A stretch of 64,000 nt of DNA, taken from positions 434,001 to 498,000 of the forward strand of contig ML978127.1 of assembly GCA_010015805.1 (NCBI GenBank), written 5' to 3'. Below are positions 1 through 14,424 of the stretch, in pieces. The first letter of the stretch is position 1. Every line of letters starts with the position of its first letter. The translations under genes were made by a program, and so were the position numbers. The notes beneath the pieces were generated by a model, which saw nothing but the letters and a program-made list of their open reading frames with translations, did not search any database and was not told where the DNA came from. The stretch is from Rhizodiscina lignyota. Its lineage: Eukaryota.

Positions 1-928
1 GCCAGTCCAAGTGGATGTCATGTCGTGGAGCGTACACAAAGGTATCGTTTTGTCGGCGTTTCGTCACCGGGTGCGAAAGCGGCGTGGGACGCGAGATGAC
101 AACTTGTTGCAGAACTCCAGCTCGGACGATCTGGCCGGAGGATGGTGGAAGCGAGAACGAGCGCGTGTCACTGGATGTCTGCGAGTTCTCAAATACCTAG
201 CTATCGCTGAGAATTGAGTGCTGGCCGGATGAAGGCGGGCAAGTGGTGCAAATAGCTCAGGAGCTACGCGGGTATCGGCGTGTGCAATGTAGATGGTTTC
301 TAATAGTAGCAGCAGAGGGCGTCGATGACCCTGGTGTGGCTTGGGCTTGGAAGTGTATGGGGAGTCTGGCAGTTTGGTGTGATTGCTAGGCATGCCTGCC
401 AAGGGTCCGCAGACCTGCCGCATAGAGGAGCAGCAGGGCAAGCGCGACTTGAACCGCCTGAACGTGCTGACCAAAGCAAATCATCCATCCTTCCAAGCTG
501 CCGTCCCCTTGCGATGAAATTACACCTCGCCTCTGCCATTTCACGCTCCGCAACACCTCCAATCGCTGCATTCCACCAATTCGCATCCACCTAACGAGTC
601 TGCCGACTTCTCAGCGCGCTGTCTGTCCTTCTTTGAAACGCCGACAGGGGTTGACATGCCGCGCCGTTGCGAGATCATATCTTTCTGCTCCGCTGCCCCC
701 ATCTTTTGAACGCCAACCTCTCCATCCACGAGAACCCTCCGCCAACACCGCACGAAGCACCAATCTTCCACGCCGAATCCCAAGCTTGCAGCCGCTTGTA
801 GGAGTAGAGAGTAGCGACGATTCTGGTGGCCAGAAAAAGCTGACCGGCTCGCGCCGGGCACAGCTTCGCCGCGCTGGACAATTCTCCCTCGAGACTCTGG
901 ACATCGACTCCTCTCCAGCTTCCTCGAC

Positions 929-3900
929 ATGGCGGTCGAATTCCCAGAGGAGCTGCCCAGCGGCACTCAGGCCAAGGACACGTCTGTTCCGGTCAAGAGG
1001 TTACGATGGGCGACACGACGCACCCCTGGTAAGAAGGGTGACACCAAACGACAGTCCATCCTCGCGAAACTCGGCCACAAGAGAGCATCTTCGCGAGCAT
1101 CGTCAACTGGGTCGACGCTGAAAGGCAAGCTTCCCGAAGATCCAGAGGCGGGAACTGGCGGAGATAGTGACATTCAGGAGCCATCCGAGGACACGGGTGG
1201 TAGGACGGTGTACTTCAACATCCCACTACCTCCGGAGGCACGAGATGAGGATGGACATCCTACAGCGCATTATGCGCGGAACAAGATACGAACAGCGAAA
1301 TATACCCCATTGAGGTAAGTTGCCATGTCCGACTCTGAACTCCCCGTGTCTCGCACGCGACATGGGCAGTTCGCAGTACCATCCAGCCCCAATGGAGCAA
1401 CAACTGACAGTCATACTTCCTAGCTTCATACCCAAGAATTTGTACTTCCAGTTTCACAACATCGCGAACGTGTACTTCTTTTTCATCATCATTCTGAGTA
1501 TCTTCTCCATATTCGGCGCGTCGAATCCGGGTCTCAACGCCGTGCCACTTATTGTCATCTTGACTGTAACCGCCATCAAAGATGCCATCGAGGACTGGAG
1601 ACGGACGGTCCTCGATAACGAACTCAATAATGCGCCGGTACATCGGCTCGTCGACTTTGTCAACGTCAACACCGCCGAGGACAAGATCTCCTTGTGGAGG
1701 AAGTTTAAGAAGGCAAATACAAGAGCAGTACTTTGGATATGGAGGAGTATGCGAAAGAACAAGAAGGACGAGAATGGCAAGACTTCTAAGGAAAGAGCTT
1801 TGAATGAGACACGGCCTTCATTTGATCCCCGTCGAGCATCAACATTCTCCCAGGGCTCGAACTTTAGCCGACTTGGTGAAGAGGGTGCCATCCAGATGAC
1901 ACCTGTCCCATCACCACTGCCTGGACAGGGTCCACATGGAGACGATCGGCTTTCAATGGATGGTGAGCCGATGGCTCTCACTACGGACGACAAGATCCAT
2001 GGAGGTCCGGAAGTTCCTAAAGGACAGGCTGTGGAAAACGTGCAACGTTTTTATGGCAACGTGATCAACCCTCACGCGCATACCCCCGACACGGCGCGAT
2101 TCAAGAATGATTATTGGAAAAACGTTCAAGTTGGAGATTTTGTTCGTCTGTACAATGGAGAAGAAATACCCTCGGACGTTGTCATTTTGTCGACATCCGA
2201 CTCGGACGGCGCTTGCTATATCGAAACCAAGAATCTGGATGGTGAGACGAACCTGAAGGTGCGTCAGGCTCTCCACTGCAGCCGCAAGATCAAGCATGCG
2301 AGGCACTGTGAGCAAGCGGAGTTTGTCATTGAGAGCGAGGCACCTCAGCCGAATCTTTACTCCTACAGTGCTGTTGTCCGGTGGAAACAAAGAGATCCGA
2401 GGGACCCCAATTCCCCTGGAACAGACATGGCGGAACCTATCACGGTCAACAACCTACTTCTTCGTGGCAGTGCCCTGCGCAATACCGAGTGGGTTTTAGG
2501 TGTTGTCGTCTTTACCGGCCAGGAGACGAAGATCATGCTCAACTCTGGCATAACCCCCAGCAAGCGCGCCTTCATTGCTAAGGACCTCAATTGGCAGGTT
2601 CTGTACAACTTTACCATCCTCTTTTTTATGTGTCTCATCGCTGCTCTCGTCCAAGGAAGTGCCTGGGGCGAGCCCAATACCTCACACAAACTTTTCGAGT
2701 ATAAATCCTATGGTGATAACAAGCCTGCCGTGGATGGCTTGATCACATTCTGGGCTGCAATCATCTTGTTCCAGAACTTGGTGCCCATCTCACTCTACAT
2801 CACCCTCGAAATCATCCGAACGCTGCAGGCAGTCTTCATCTATAGCGACATCGGGATGTATTACGAGAAGCTGGATTACCCCTGTACACCCAAGTCGTGG
2901 AACATCTCAGATGACCTAGGCCAGATTGAATACATCTTCTCGGACAAGACGGGTACTCTCACCCAAAATGTCATGGAGTTCAAGAAGTGTACTATCAACA
3001 GCGTACCCTACGGAGAGGCGTACACAGAAGCCCAAATGGGATTGTCAAGGAGGATGGGCAATAACGTCGAGGAAGAAGCCGCCCGAGCTCGGGAGCAGAT
3101 TGCTGCAGACAAAGCGCGTATGCTTGACGGTCTCCGCAAGTTGAATGACAATGCCTATCTCCGAGATGAAGATCTCACGTTCGTTGCCCCTGACTTTGTC
3201 GATGATCTGGCCGGGAACTCTGGGGAGGAACAGCAGGCCGCCAACGAACAGTTCATGCTTGCACTTGCACTGTGCCATACCGTCATCACAGAGCGTACTC
3301 CTGGAGATCCACCTAGGATCGAGTTCAAAGCCCAGAGTCCGGATGAGGCGGCCCTTGTCGCTACCGCGAAGGATTGCGGCTTCACAGTGCTTGGCCGCCA
3401 GGACGACGATATAATCCTTGACATCCTCGGTGAAGAGCGAAGGTATACCGTCCTGAATACTCTTGAATTCAACTCTTCTAGGAAGAGGATGAGCGCTATC
3501 ATCCGCATGCCGGACGGCAAGATTATTTTGTTCTGCAAAGGAGCGGACAGCATCATCTACTCCCGTCTCACCCAAGGCCAACAGCACGAGCTGAGGAAAT
3601 CGACTGCAGAGCACCTGGAAATGTTCGCTAGGGAAGGTCTTCGGACACTGTGTATCGCACAGAGGGAGCTTGACGAAGAAGAGTATCAGATCTGGAACCA
3701 AGAGCACGATATGGCTGCCGCGTCAGTGGCAAACCGAGATGATAACATCGAGAGGGTTGCAGACGCGATTGAGCGTGAGCTCACTCTCCTTGGAGGCACT
3801 GCCATCGAAGACAGGTTGCAAGACGGTGTTCCTGATGCCATCGCGCTGCTTGGAAAGGCCGGTATTAAGCTGTGGGTGCTCACTGGCGACAAGGTCGAGA

Positions 3901-5937
3901 CTGCTATTAATATTGGCTTCTCGTGCAACTTGCTCGACAACGACATGGATCTGATCGTTTTCAAGATTGACGACGAAGATCTGGCGCAGGCGGAAGCTGA
4001 ACTTGATAAGAATCTCCAGCTGTTCGGTATGACAGGCTCTGATGAGGAGCTCAAAGCCGCGAGGAAGAACCATGAGCCACCCGCGCCGACACACGCGATC
4101 GTGATTGACGGCGATTCTCTGAAACTTGTGCTGCACGAGAACTTGAAGCAGAAGTTCCTTCTTCTCTGCAAGCAGTGCCGCGCTGTTCTCTGCTGTCGTG
4201 TCTCTCCTGCTCAGAAAGCCGCTGTCGTTGCTCTCGTGAAAGGTGGCTTGGACTGCTTGACGCTGAGCATTGGCGATGGGGCGAACGATGTTGCGATGAT
4301 CCAAGAGGCGCACGTGGGAGTTGGAATCGCTGGTGAGGAGGGTAGGGCTGCTGTCATGAGCTCTGACTATGCCATTGGACAATTCAGGTTCCTGACGCGT
4401 CTGGTGCTGGTGCACGGTCGCTGGAGCTATCGGCGTCTTGCAGAGACCATCGCCAATTTCTTCTATAAGGTATGTCGCCCGAACAGGACTAGCTCCTCCC
4501 CGATTGCTAGGAGATAATTTTGGCGCGGCTGCCTGCTAACCTTTCCCCTTCTCGAACACAGAACTTAGTTTGGACCTTCGCGCTATTCTGGTTCCAAATC
4601 TTTGACAACTTCGATTGCACGTACATTTTCGACTACTCCTACATCATCTTGTACAACCTTGCGTTCACGTCACTACCAGTGATCCTCCTTGGGGTCTTGG
4701 ACCAGGACGTGGACGACAAGGTCTCTCTCGCCGTCCCCCAGCTCTATCGACGGGGCATCGAGAGGAAGGAGTGGACCCACATCAAATTTTGGTATGTTTT
4801 TCTGCGTTTATCTTGTTGCTGCAGCATCAAACCGCAAATGTCTAGCTTTATTTGCTTTCTCTGACTTCTTTGTGTCTTAGGGGATACATGGCAGATGGTA
4901 TCTACCAATCTTTAGTTGTATGGTTCTTCGCTTACGCACTCTTCGCCCCCGGAAACTTTAACAGCGAATCTGGCCTGGATGTCGGCGACAACAAACGGAT
5001 TGGTGTTTACGTTGCAACGAACGCAGTCGTTGTCGTCAATCTCTATGTCCTCTTCAACACCTACCGATGGGACTGGCTCCAGCTCCTTATTGTCGCTATC
5101 TCTATCCTCCTCATCTGGTTCTGGACAGGAGTCTATACCGCGTTTACCGTTGGAGAGACCTTCTACAAAGCCGCTCCGCAAGTTTATGGCCAGCTTTCGT
5201 TCTGGGCTCTCCTCTTGCTCACAACGATTATCTGCCTCCTCCCGCGCTTTGCGGGCAAAAGCTTTCAAAAGCTCTACCTACCGCGAGATGTGGACATCGT
5301 TCGCGAACAAATTCGACAAGGGAAATTCGACTACCTTCAATACGAAGACAACCCCACGGCCCCCGCACAGCCAGAGGAGAAGTGGTCATCCGGGTCGTCA
5401 CGAAGCCGCCTATCAGGTGCGGGGGGGAATGTACAAGAGAATACCGTGAGCGGCGACCACAAACATTCCCACAAGCATTCACGCGACAGTACGACACCTG
5501 TTGGTAGCCGAAACTACCCCATTCCGACCCACAATGAGGCCAATGACGGCGATTCTACAAGACCCATGTATCCACCTTCCATCGCACCGACCGCACTCAC
5601 AACCACTACAACGCGCAATCAGCGCAGCACCAACGGCAGCGATGGCACGGACTACACAGGACATATAATTATCAATGACAGAGAACAAAATCAACCAAAA
5701 ACAAGTTTTGAGCGCAGCAGGCCAAGCTTCGAGCGACCAAGGCCTAGTTATGATCGCGCAAGACAAAGTATGGACAGGATTCGGCCTTCTTTTGAGCAAA
5801 GCAGTGATTTCACGAGTGCAGCGGGCCTAATGAGGATGGAGAGCGCGCAGAGCAACGACAGCAGAGGGGAGACGAGGAGCCCCACACGGTTCAAAATGGG
5901 CTGGGGCAGAAAGGACGACGTGGAGGAGGAGGAGTAG
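929..5937 (+). CDS. DNF1: P4-type ATPase phospholipid flippase, DNF1/DNF2 family (4 exons; introns 1315-1423, 4470-4561, 4792-4880)
   Basis: Motifs NKIRTAKYT, NLDGET, PISLY, DKTGTLT, KLWVLTGDK and IGDGANDV. GT-AG introns with branch points rejoin the ORFs in frame (YTPLSFIPK; FFYKNLVW; KFWGYM). Confidence 0.93.
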
Positions 5938-7112
5938 GCCTTGTGCATAGATTTCTTTCTTTCTGGACTTTCTTCTACGGTTTCTCATGATGAATGGACA
6001 AGCTTGGAGTGAAGTTTACTTCTACAACCAATAGTTGCGTGACTGTGACCGTAATGATAACTGCCATGTGCTCTCCACTGCTTAATGACTCCGTCGAGCA
6101 AATCCGTAGCTTTAAGCACACAGTGCCGCGAGATTGACGATAGGGAGCGGATACCCACCGTGCATGGATACTTCTAGATTTCTTGTCTGCTTTTTTCCTG
6201 ATGAAGCTGATGCTTCTAATGCTGAGCCTGGTTATTACAGCTATCGTTCTTTACTACAGCCTTATTTTTGAAATGAAGACTCAAGTTTCTAAAGGAACGA
6301 TTCGGCAAAGTGTAAGGGACCTCCCCCATTGCCCGAGACATGGTCAATCTACAGGTTAAGGCAATATAGAAGCCAGCTTAGTGCTGTCCCTAATACTGAA
6401 TGAATTTGTGAAAACGCATTGTATTTGTCTACTATGTTCCCGGCTTCGAATGCGGAATCTGCTCTCAACGTACCATTTATACACCCAAAAAGCCCGATTA
6501 TAGAAACTTTAGACAATTAGCAATAGACGGGTAGGCAAAGAATATTTACATCTTCCGGTTGAACGATCTCTAGCCTATTGAGTGAAGACCTGCTGCTTTT
6601 CCCAAATCGGCATATCGAAATAATCACGTGCTGGCGCGTGGACCTCCGATGGAAAACTACGCGTCTTGCGTACTGCCACTGATATTCTTTCAAACACCCC
6701 AATTAACACTGAAAAGCATTCTCCTCTGTTTACAAATACACGCTCTCGAACTTTGCTCCCTGAAAACGCTCTGAAATTGGCTTCAATCTCCGACGTGATT
6801 TCCAGTCCTGCAAAGCCTACGCCGCACGCAACCCAACGAAACTCTTTGTTTGGGCTTCCTCGCAACCTGCTCTCTTGATACACTTCAACAACACATCGAA
6901 CACCTACAGACACAGAGCCTGCGACATCTTCGGGCATAACCTAAAGCTCAAATCTCAAAACGCAAACGTCCTCTGCCGCCGCCGCTCGACCTTCGCCCAA
7001 CATTGACCTCTCTCCTCGGCCGAAACACCGCACACCTGAGATGATAATTCGAGGCCACAGCTTACGCTCAGTCAATTCGTTGGGTTAGAGGTGCGGGGAG
7101 AAGCGTTCAATC

Positions 7113-10100
7113 ATGGCGGATAACCACACGCTTGTCAGAGACCTTCAGTAAGCTGCCTACCGAACGGAATAGAAACACTTCGGCGGTTACTAACTGTTAA
7201 ATGAAGAAAGCTGCAGGCTCTTCCGGAAGACTTACATTGGTTCTGTCCCAGAGTTGGCCCAGATGACAACACGGTCTACGATGACGGCGAGGGAAATGGC
7301 GACGCCTCAGACAGCGATACAGACAAGCGTAGCGTGGCGCGACGAGTTCAGGACGGGAAGAAGAGGAGCTCTCTTGCATTCAGCTGCATGGAAATAATAG
7401 CGTTTGATGGGTCAGATGCCGAGTCACTCAAACAAAACTACCAGCACGGTTTGGATCTACAGCTTGGACGTTGCGATAGTTGTGTGAAGGCATATTACCG
7501 GACGTTACCTGGCCATATCGAAAGCCTGGAGGGGAGCTACGACTTGGAGGCTGTCGAGGCGTTTCGGGAGACAGTGAACAACATGAATAACAGAAGGATT
7601 GTGAATTCCTTAAAGGCGGTGACGAAAAAGCTTCAAGCTCTAGCTCCGGAGAAGCGCAGTATTGGAACGATCGATCAATCTGGGGCACTGGCTATCTTTG
7701 AGCCTTTGTGCTGCACCAACTTCCTCCGCAATGAAGACCTGCTTCGAGACTACTTTGATGAGCCATTCAATCTCATTCAAAGCAATAAGCGCCTCAAGAT
7801 GACATGCTACACACCTGCCATGACCTCTTTCCTCTTCAGTGGCAACGAGTACCGATATAACTGGGCGTACATCACCGTGATAAGATGGAAGGATCCAATC
7901 ACAAGAGTCGACTTCGATTGGGCTATCCGCGATTTCCTGCATGAGGCAATGGAACGCGTCAACATATCAAATCTCGACGTAGACTTCTTACCGGCATTTT
8001 GGAATGGTGTTCGAATCATCGTTGGTAAACTTGACAAAGACTTGATCACACACTCCCTCAGGGCAATGGACTCTGATATCTACCGATTGGCGCTGGATCA
8101 CTTGCAACTCGAATCCGACGGATTCCAAGATTTGCTTGGATCCCTTCAAGTGTTGTTGCTCAAGTCTCCGAGCGACTTCTGGAACGCTATGGGTACAATA
8201 TCGCCGGTCACAGTCGTAGAACAAGTTTTCAATGCGCCGGTATTTGAGCGCATACTTCGCGAAACGGGCCAAGATGGTTCATCGCAACTTGATGACCTCC
8301 AGGATACCTTGTCTTGGGTGGAACCGTTCGTGGCGTCCATTAAGGCGATTAACCAGACGCCAGCCACACGCGCCATTCTTCAACAACTGATCATTCGTCT
8401 CCAGAACGACCGTTACTCCCAGCTGGTAAAGGACTACTGTTATTCTATGGGTCTGCGAACCTTAGATTTAACTTTACGCGACTTGCTTGCGACCCAAGCA
8501 ACCAAAGCCCCAATCAGCGAAGCGACCGTTTCCGAGATCTTGACGGTAGTTGAGGAGCACATCCCTGAAATATGCTCCGATATTCGCTCCCTTAGAGCAT
8601 CAACAAGCCGTGTGGAGGAAGCGAATCTTGGTCTTCAAATCCTCCAACACGCTATAAGCCTTGACTGCCATGTTCTGGTCGTAGATTTCGAGAAGATTTG
8701 CCAGCGTCAGACCCTTCATCATCACAAGGATGTGCAGTCAACATCGTTTTGGCGAAGCGTGGTTAAGAACATTGGCAAGAGGGATTCGAAGCTCGCTGTC
8801 AATGTCCTTCTTGGCTGCCGCCCATTGACTGGTCTTGAGCCTTTCGTTCTGCCTACAGGAAAATCTCTATCTCCCGAGCAGAAACACTTCAATGAATCTT
8901 TCGACAGAATCTCTGGGTACGTGGTGGACGTTCTAGAAAAGGTGACGGATTTTTCAGAGAGCGAACTTCGAGGTCTACTGAAGGACCTCAACAATGCCAC
9001 GGCACTCTTTGCTACGCTCTTCTCGTCTAGTCGCGAGGTTCACGAAGCAGCGCTTGAAGTTCTGAAAGCTGCTTCAGGTCAAACTGGCCGCAAAGAAGCG
9101 CTTGAATTTGCCTTGGAGAACAGTTTGTCAACCACTCTATCGATGACGTCGAATTATCTTCGAGTAGTAGGAAAGCGACCGGTATTTGCCCCAATGCCGA
9201 GAGCACTAAAGATTGGCGGTGATTTGGTCGATGTCCTTTGCGATCCGCAGAATGGAATCCTACGCGCACGCACATTATCATGGGATGAATCGAAAGTCGT
9301 GGAAGAATTTTGGCGAGCAATATGGCATACCCTCTCTGTGATCTTCGATGCGACTGAAAATTGGAGTATGTCGGGCCATAACAAAGACATGCTTAAAGAC
9401 TTCTGCCGAGACACTATGCAGGTGGCTGGTCGACTATTCGATGAATATGCCATTTTTGCAACAGCCATCAGGGAAGCTGGAGCAGCGGTGGGAAAGAAGG
9501 CGTCTGCGTCGAGCACGGCAATCCATCTTCTTCAGAACCCCAAGAATGCGACAAAAGGCATAGTCAAATGGCTTCGTCTAAGAGATGAATACTTGTCAAC
9601 AAAGAGCGTCTCGCTTATTTGCAAGCTACTCGTGCGGTTCCACGATGAATCGGTTGATTTCGATCAGGATTCCCTGACGTACATTGAGGGTATCATCTAT
9701 GGCACAACGCGAGCAAAGCTATCTCGTCAACAGACCGCCGAACTAAAGAGTGCTCTTGAGACTCATACCGGCCAATCCCTCGATGACGATGACGTCGAAG
9801 AGATTCTACCTTCTAGAGCTACGTCGGCCAACCTGCGAGCCAAATCGCACCGCCAGGGAAAACTTGACTTCGACATCTGGAGATCCACTGCTGGGTCCAA
9901 GAAAGATTCTGCAAAGAGCTCCGAGAATGACTCCGCGGATGACGAGCTGAGAAAGCTTATCGCGCAAAACACCAAGGGTTCAGAAATGTACAAAGCACGA
10001 CAAGAACAAAAGAAGGCTGATATTCTCGCAAAGAAGAAAGCGGATGAGCAACGTCGTGAAGCCGCTCTAGCTGCTAAAAAGGCTGCTGCTGCTCAAGCCT

Positions 10101-13100
10101 CGACCGGCTTCCTTGAGAGGCGGAAAAGAGAGAAAGAAGCTAAAGAGAGGCGAGATGCCGCAGCTCGAGAGCAAGCCAAGAAACTCAGAATCAAGCCAGA
10201 CGAGGCTAGTGGTGCAGGCTCTGGTATCATTGGAGTGGGCGTGCGTAGGGAAGAACAATTGCCAAAGGAAAAAGGAATGTATGTGGAAGACGAAACCACC
10301 GACGAGGAAGCCGATATCGATCGGCAGCTCTTTGGCATTATCAGACCCAAGACAAAGAAGGCAGAAGAAAAGGGGCTCAAGCAGCAGCCGCAAGGTCCTG
10401 TCAAGAAGAAGAAGATTATACGTAGCGCAAACGACATGCGAGCCCGAATTGCTCCGGACTTGTCGCCGCTTCATAAGACGATACTCGGCTGGGACTATTT
10501 CGCTACTGGAGACTTTCCCCCTGGCTCACGACGGGATCTCTATAGTCATGTACCGAACAAGTTCCCATCGCCAGTGCATTACCAACAGGTATTCCAGCCG
10601 CTACTGGAACTCGAAGCCTGGCAAGGATTGGTCAAGTCCAGAGAAGAGAACACGTTCAAGACGTACGAAATCAAGATTTCGAACCGATCTTCCGTCGATG
10701 CCTTCGTGGAAGTCAGCACAACGATGACTCAAGCGGACAACAAGGAAATCCAAATTTCTGAGGGTGACTTGATACTCATGTCAAAGCATAAGGCTCCCTC
10801 AAGCGCGATCGATATGCCCCATTGTCTTGCACGAGTTTTCCGGACATTACGCAAGAAAGCCGTCCTCGAGATATCATATCGTGTTATGCCAGGAAGCAAA
10901 TTGATTAGCTCACTGATCCCCAACAGTTCTATATACGGTGTCAAAATCCAGAGTATGACTCCCTTGGAGCGAGAATATGGCGCACTGAGGAGTCTGCAAT
11001 TCTATGATCTCTGCGATGAGATCGTGTCTGCGAAGCCTTCTCCATTGCTCGACTATAACGACAGACAGCTCGAGCCATTGATCAGCAACTATAACGTGAA
11101 CAAGGCACAAGCTAAGGCGGTCAAATCAGCGGTTGATAATGACGCCTTCACGCTGATCCAAGGGTAAGACCCTTTCCCAACATGTCATATTATTTATTAA
11201 CTTTTTCGCAGTCCTCCGGGTTCCGGAAAGACGAAGACCATCGTCGCTATCGTTGGTGCACTGCTCAGCTCCACTTTAGCAATAGAGAAACTCGCACCTC
11301 TTCCTGCAGCGAGAGGTCCAGCTATACCGGTCGCAAATGTTTCACCCGCCAAGAAACTTCTCGTTTGTGCACCAAGTAACGCAGCCGTCGACGAACTCGT
11401 AATGCGTTTTAAAGAAGGCGTCAAGACCCTTTCGGGTGACCGCAAGAAAATCAACGTTGTCCGTCTCGGCCGAAGCGATGCTATCAACACACAAGTTGTC
11501 GATGTAACCCTTGACGAATTGGTTAACGCAAGGTTGAACACAATGCCTGGACAAGGAAGCGATAACAGAGCGAAAAATCAAGAAATCTTCAAGGAACATA
11601 AAATGGTTTCTGACACTCTGAACGAAGCCCGAGCGAAACTCGATAGTGGAATGGTGAAGGGTGCTGAGGCTAGCAAACTGAGGGACGAAGTTGACGCTCT
11701 GCGCCGTCGAAAAGCGCAGCTAGGCACTGCTATTGACAACGTCCGTGATCAAGAAAACGCCAATGATCGTCAAAACGAACTCAATCGCCGACGCGTCCAG
11801 CAAAGCATTCTCGATGAATCGCATATCATCTGTGCTACGCTGAGTGGCAGTGGCCACGATATGTTTCGAAGTCTGAACGTTGAGTTTGAGACTGTGGTGG
11901 TTGACGAAGCCGCGCAATGTGTGGAGATGAGCGCTCTAATCCCCTTGAAGTATGGTTGCTCGAAGTGTATTCTTGTCGGTGATCCGAAGCAGCTGCCTCC
12001 AACCGTCTTCTCCAAAGAAGCCGCCAAGTTCCAGTACGAGCAGAGCTTGTTCGTACGCATGCAAGGAAACCATCCGGAATATGTGCACTTGTTGGATACA
12101 CAGTACCGTATGCATCCCGATATCAGCGCCTTTCCGAGTCAATCATTTTATGACTCGAGGCTGCTGGATGGACCAAACATGGCAACCCTGCGAAAGCGTC
12201 CGTGGCATTCGAACACTCTTCTTGCGCCATACCGATTCTTCGATGTCCAGGGCCAGCACCAGGCGGCACCAAAAGGGCACTCGCTCATCAACATTGCTGA
12301 GATTGAAATTGCGATATCATTGTTTGAGAAGCTTACACGCGAGTACGCGGGTTACGACTTCAAAGGCAAGATCGGCATCATCACTCCCTACAAGAGCCAG
12401 CTGCGTGAACTCAAGGATCGCTTTTTGCGCAGATATGGCCAATCTGTCTTTGAAACTGTCGAGTTCAACACCACAGATGCCTACCAAGGTCGTGAGAGTG
12501 AAGTCATCATCTTCTCCTGCGTGCGAGCATCGCCAGCAGGTGGTATCGGTTTCTTGCAGGACATCCGACGTATGAACGTCGGATTGACGAGAGCAAAGAG
12601 CAGTTTGTGGGTGCTCGGCAACTCGGAGAGTCTCGTTCGAGGAGACTACTGGCGAATGCTAGTTGAGGATGCGAGGAAGAGACGGCTGTATTCGGAAGGC
12701 AATCTGAAGCATATGCTGGCGAATTCGACTGCTGCAGCGTGGAAGCCTGACACTGCATTAATCGAACAACAAGCCGTCAAGTATCAACCAGAGCCAGCGC
12801 AAGAGCCAAGTTTTAGCGATAAGATGGATATTGATCCTATACCAATACGAGAATCGGTTGCACGAGCGCAAGAGGCCGTTTCAAGCACGAGCATCCCAGC
12901 TAAACGCCGAGCCTCTACCCGCAGCGATTCTGATGAGGATATGAAAGATTATGTGGACGATGCGTCAAGTGGTGTGCCTCCAAGCGAAAAGTCTGAAACT
13001 GCTCGACCATCGGCTACACCTGCGGGACAAGCAGGTGCATCTAGGCCTCCAAAGAAGAAGAAGGCCGCCAATCCACTCCTTGCGCCTAACCGGCCACCGA

Positions 13101-13117
13101 AGCCGAGGCCGAGTTGA
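7113..13117 (+). CDS. SEN1: Sen1/senataxin Upf1-like SF1 helicase (introns 7148-7206, 11164-11211)
   Basis: Splicing restores the N-terminal HWFCPR and the Walker A IQGPPGSGKT. Also has CAPSNAAVDE, VDEAAQ, VGDPKQLPPT, QYRMHP, YQGRE and RRMNVGLTRAK, behind a long Sen1 N-terminal domain. Confidence 0.93.
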
Positions 13118-14424
13118 GGTTCTCGGCCTGAGAGGAAAGTGTCAAAACCGAGCGTTCATCGTGTTGGTTTGGGTGAGGTCTAAAACGTGTGGCTGATGTG
13201 TTTTCACTACATTTGCATTTCAAGGCGTCTGAAGTTTACTCCGTAGCGTTTTCTTCCGTTCCAGACTTCACCACATGCCTTTTGAAGGGGCAATTGGAGT
13301 CAATGGCTTAAAACAAAATCTCGCCTGCATGCGCATCGCGTGATGGTGAACGGAGCATGACCGTCACAACACGAGAGTTTCTAGTTAGAAGCGGAGAAGC
13401 AGGTAGCGAAAAGGTGTTGTTCATTGGCTAATGCAGTTCTAATGCTTTTGACTTGTGCACGAACGCGCCTCGAAGCCGACTCTCCGTTATTCTAGACCAG
13501 GGCGGATGAGGGAAGCGGCCTCTACTCCGCATGTGTATTTCGATTTGAACATGAGCTTTATAATCAAAAGCAGCAGTGATTCCCTTCGCAGCAAGGAGGT
13601 CTTGACGACTGGACCCGATAAAATGGGTTGGCGTTGAGTGGGTGTCGGATACAGTTCGGGCTGAGGCGGGAAACCTGTAACCGCACTAAAATGAGGCCTT
13701 CTCTCGCTCTGATATCACACTCTTTCAACCCTAACTTCCAAATTCATTTGACGACATTTGAGGCAAGCACTTGTATTTCAGTGGGCTATTACAATTTTGA
13801 GCAGTTTTCCTATCTGTGAGCTACCTTGAGTGAAGTTTTGCCCAGCTAATCTTCAGGACGCCCACGCTGCCTGCCTGCCTGCCGCTTCCCGCTCCTTGCA
13901 TGAGACAACCCTCCACATCTCGCTCAGCTTCCTTCAGCCCACTCCCATGGATGGCACATAAAGCAAGACAGGAGGTCATCGAAGAGCAACTGATTAACTC
14001 AAGTCCCACCTCCCTGCGCACGTAAGTCGATTCGGCCGGCTGGTTGCACGGCAGTGTATCATGGTTATGCGCAAGGCACGCTCAATGCAATTTCGAACGG
14101 TTCCCACAACGGGAGGATCAATCCTAGCTTCGTGTATAGGTCTCAATGTCAAAATTGAATGAAAGCCAACCCTATTGCTCTTCTACTACTTTCCATGAAT
14201 TTGCTCTCCGTTGGGAGCTTCCATACTTTTCTACATTCACCGCTTCGTCTTCGTTTGCCGCCCAGTTCAAACATATCCAATCCGTCGCAACGGCTCCTGC
14301 ACGCTTCCCTACCGTCGAACGTGCATAGGCAACCTCCAATCAAGGTGGATTTGCTGAACCTTCCCAAACGGTCCTGCATCTTGCTCTCCTATAGTTTTCA
14401 TTCCAAAGAAACGTCTTTCTCATC

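Noticed and set aside
1..480. Short overlapping ORFs at the window start
   Set aside because: No motifs; more likely promoter or UTR sequence of the flippase and an upstream gene.
5985..6230. TGATGA/CTGA motifs suggesting a C/D snoRNA
   Set aside because: No convincing terminal stem or recognisable rRNA guide; an Rfam search would be needed.
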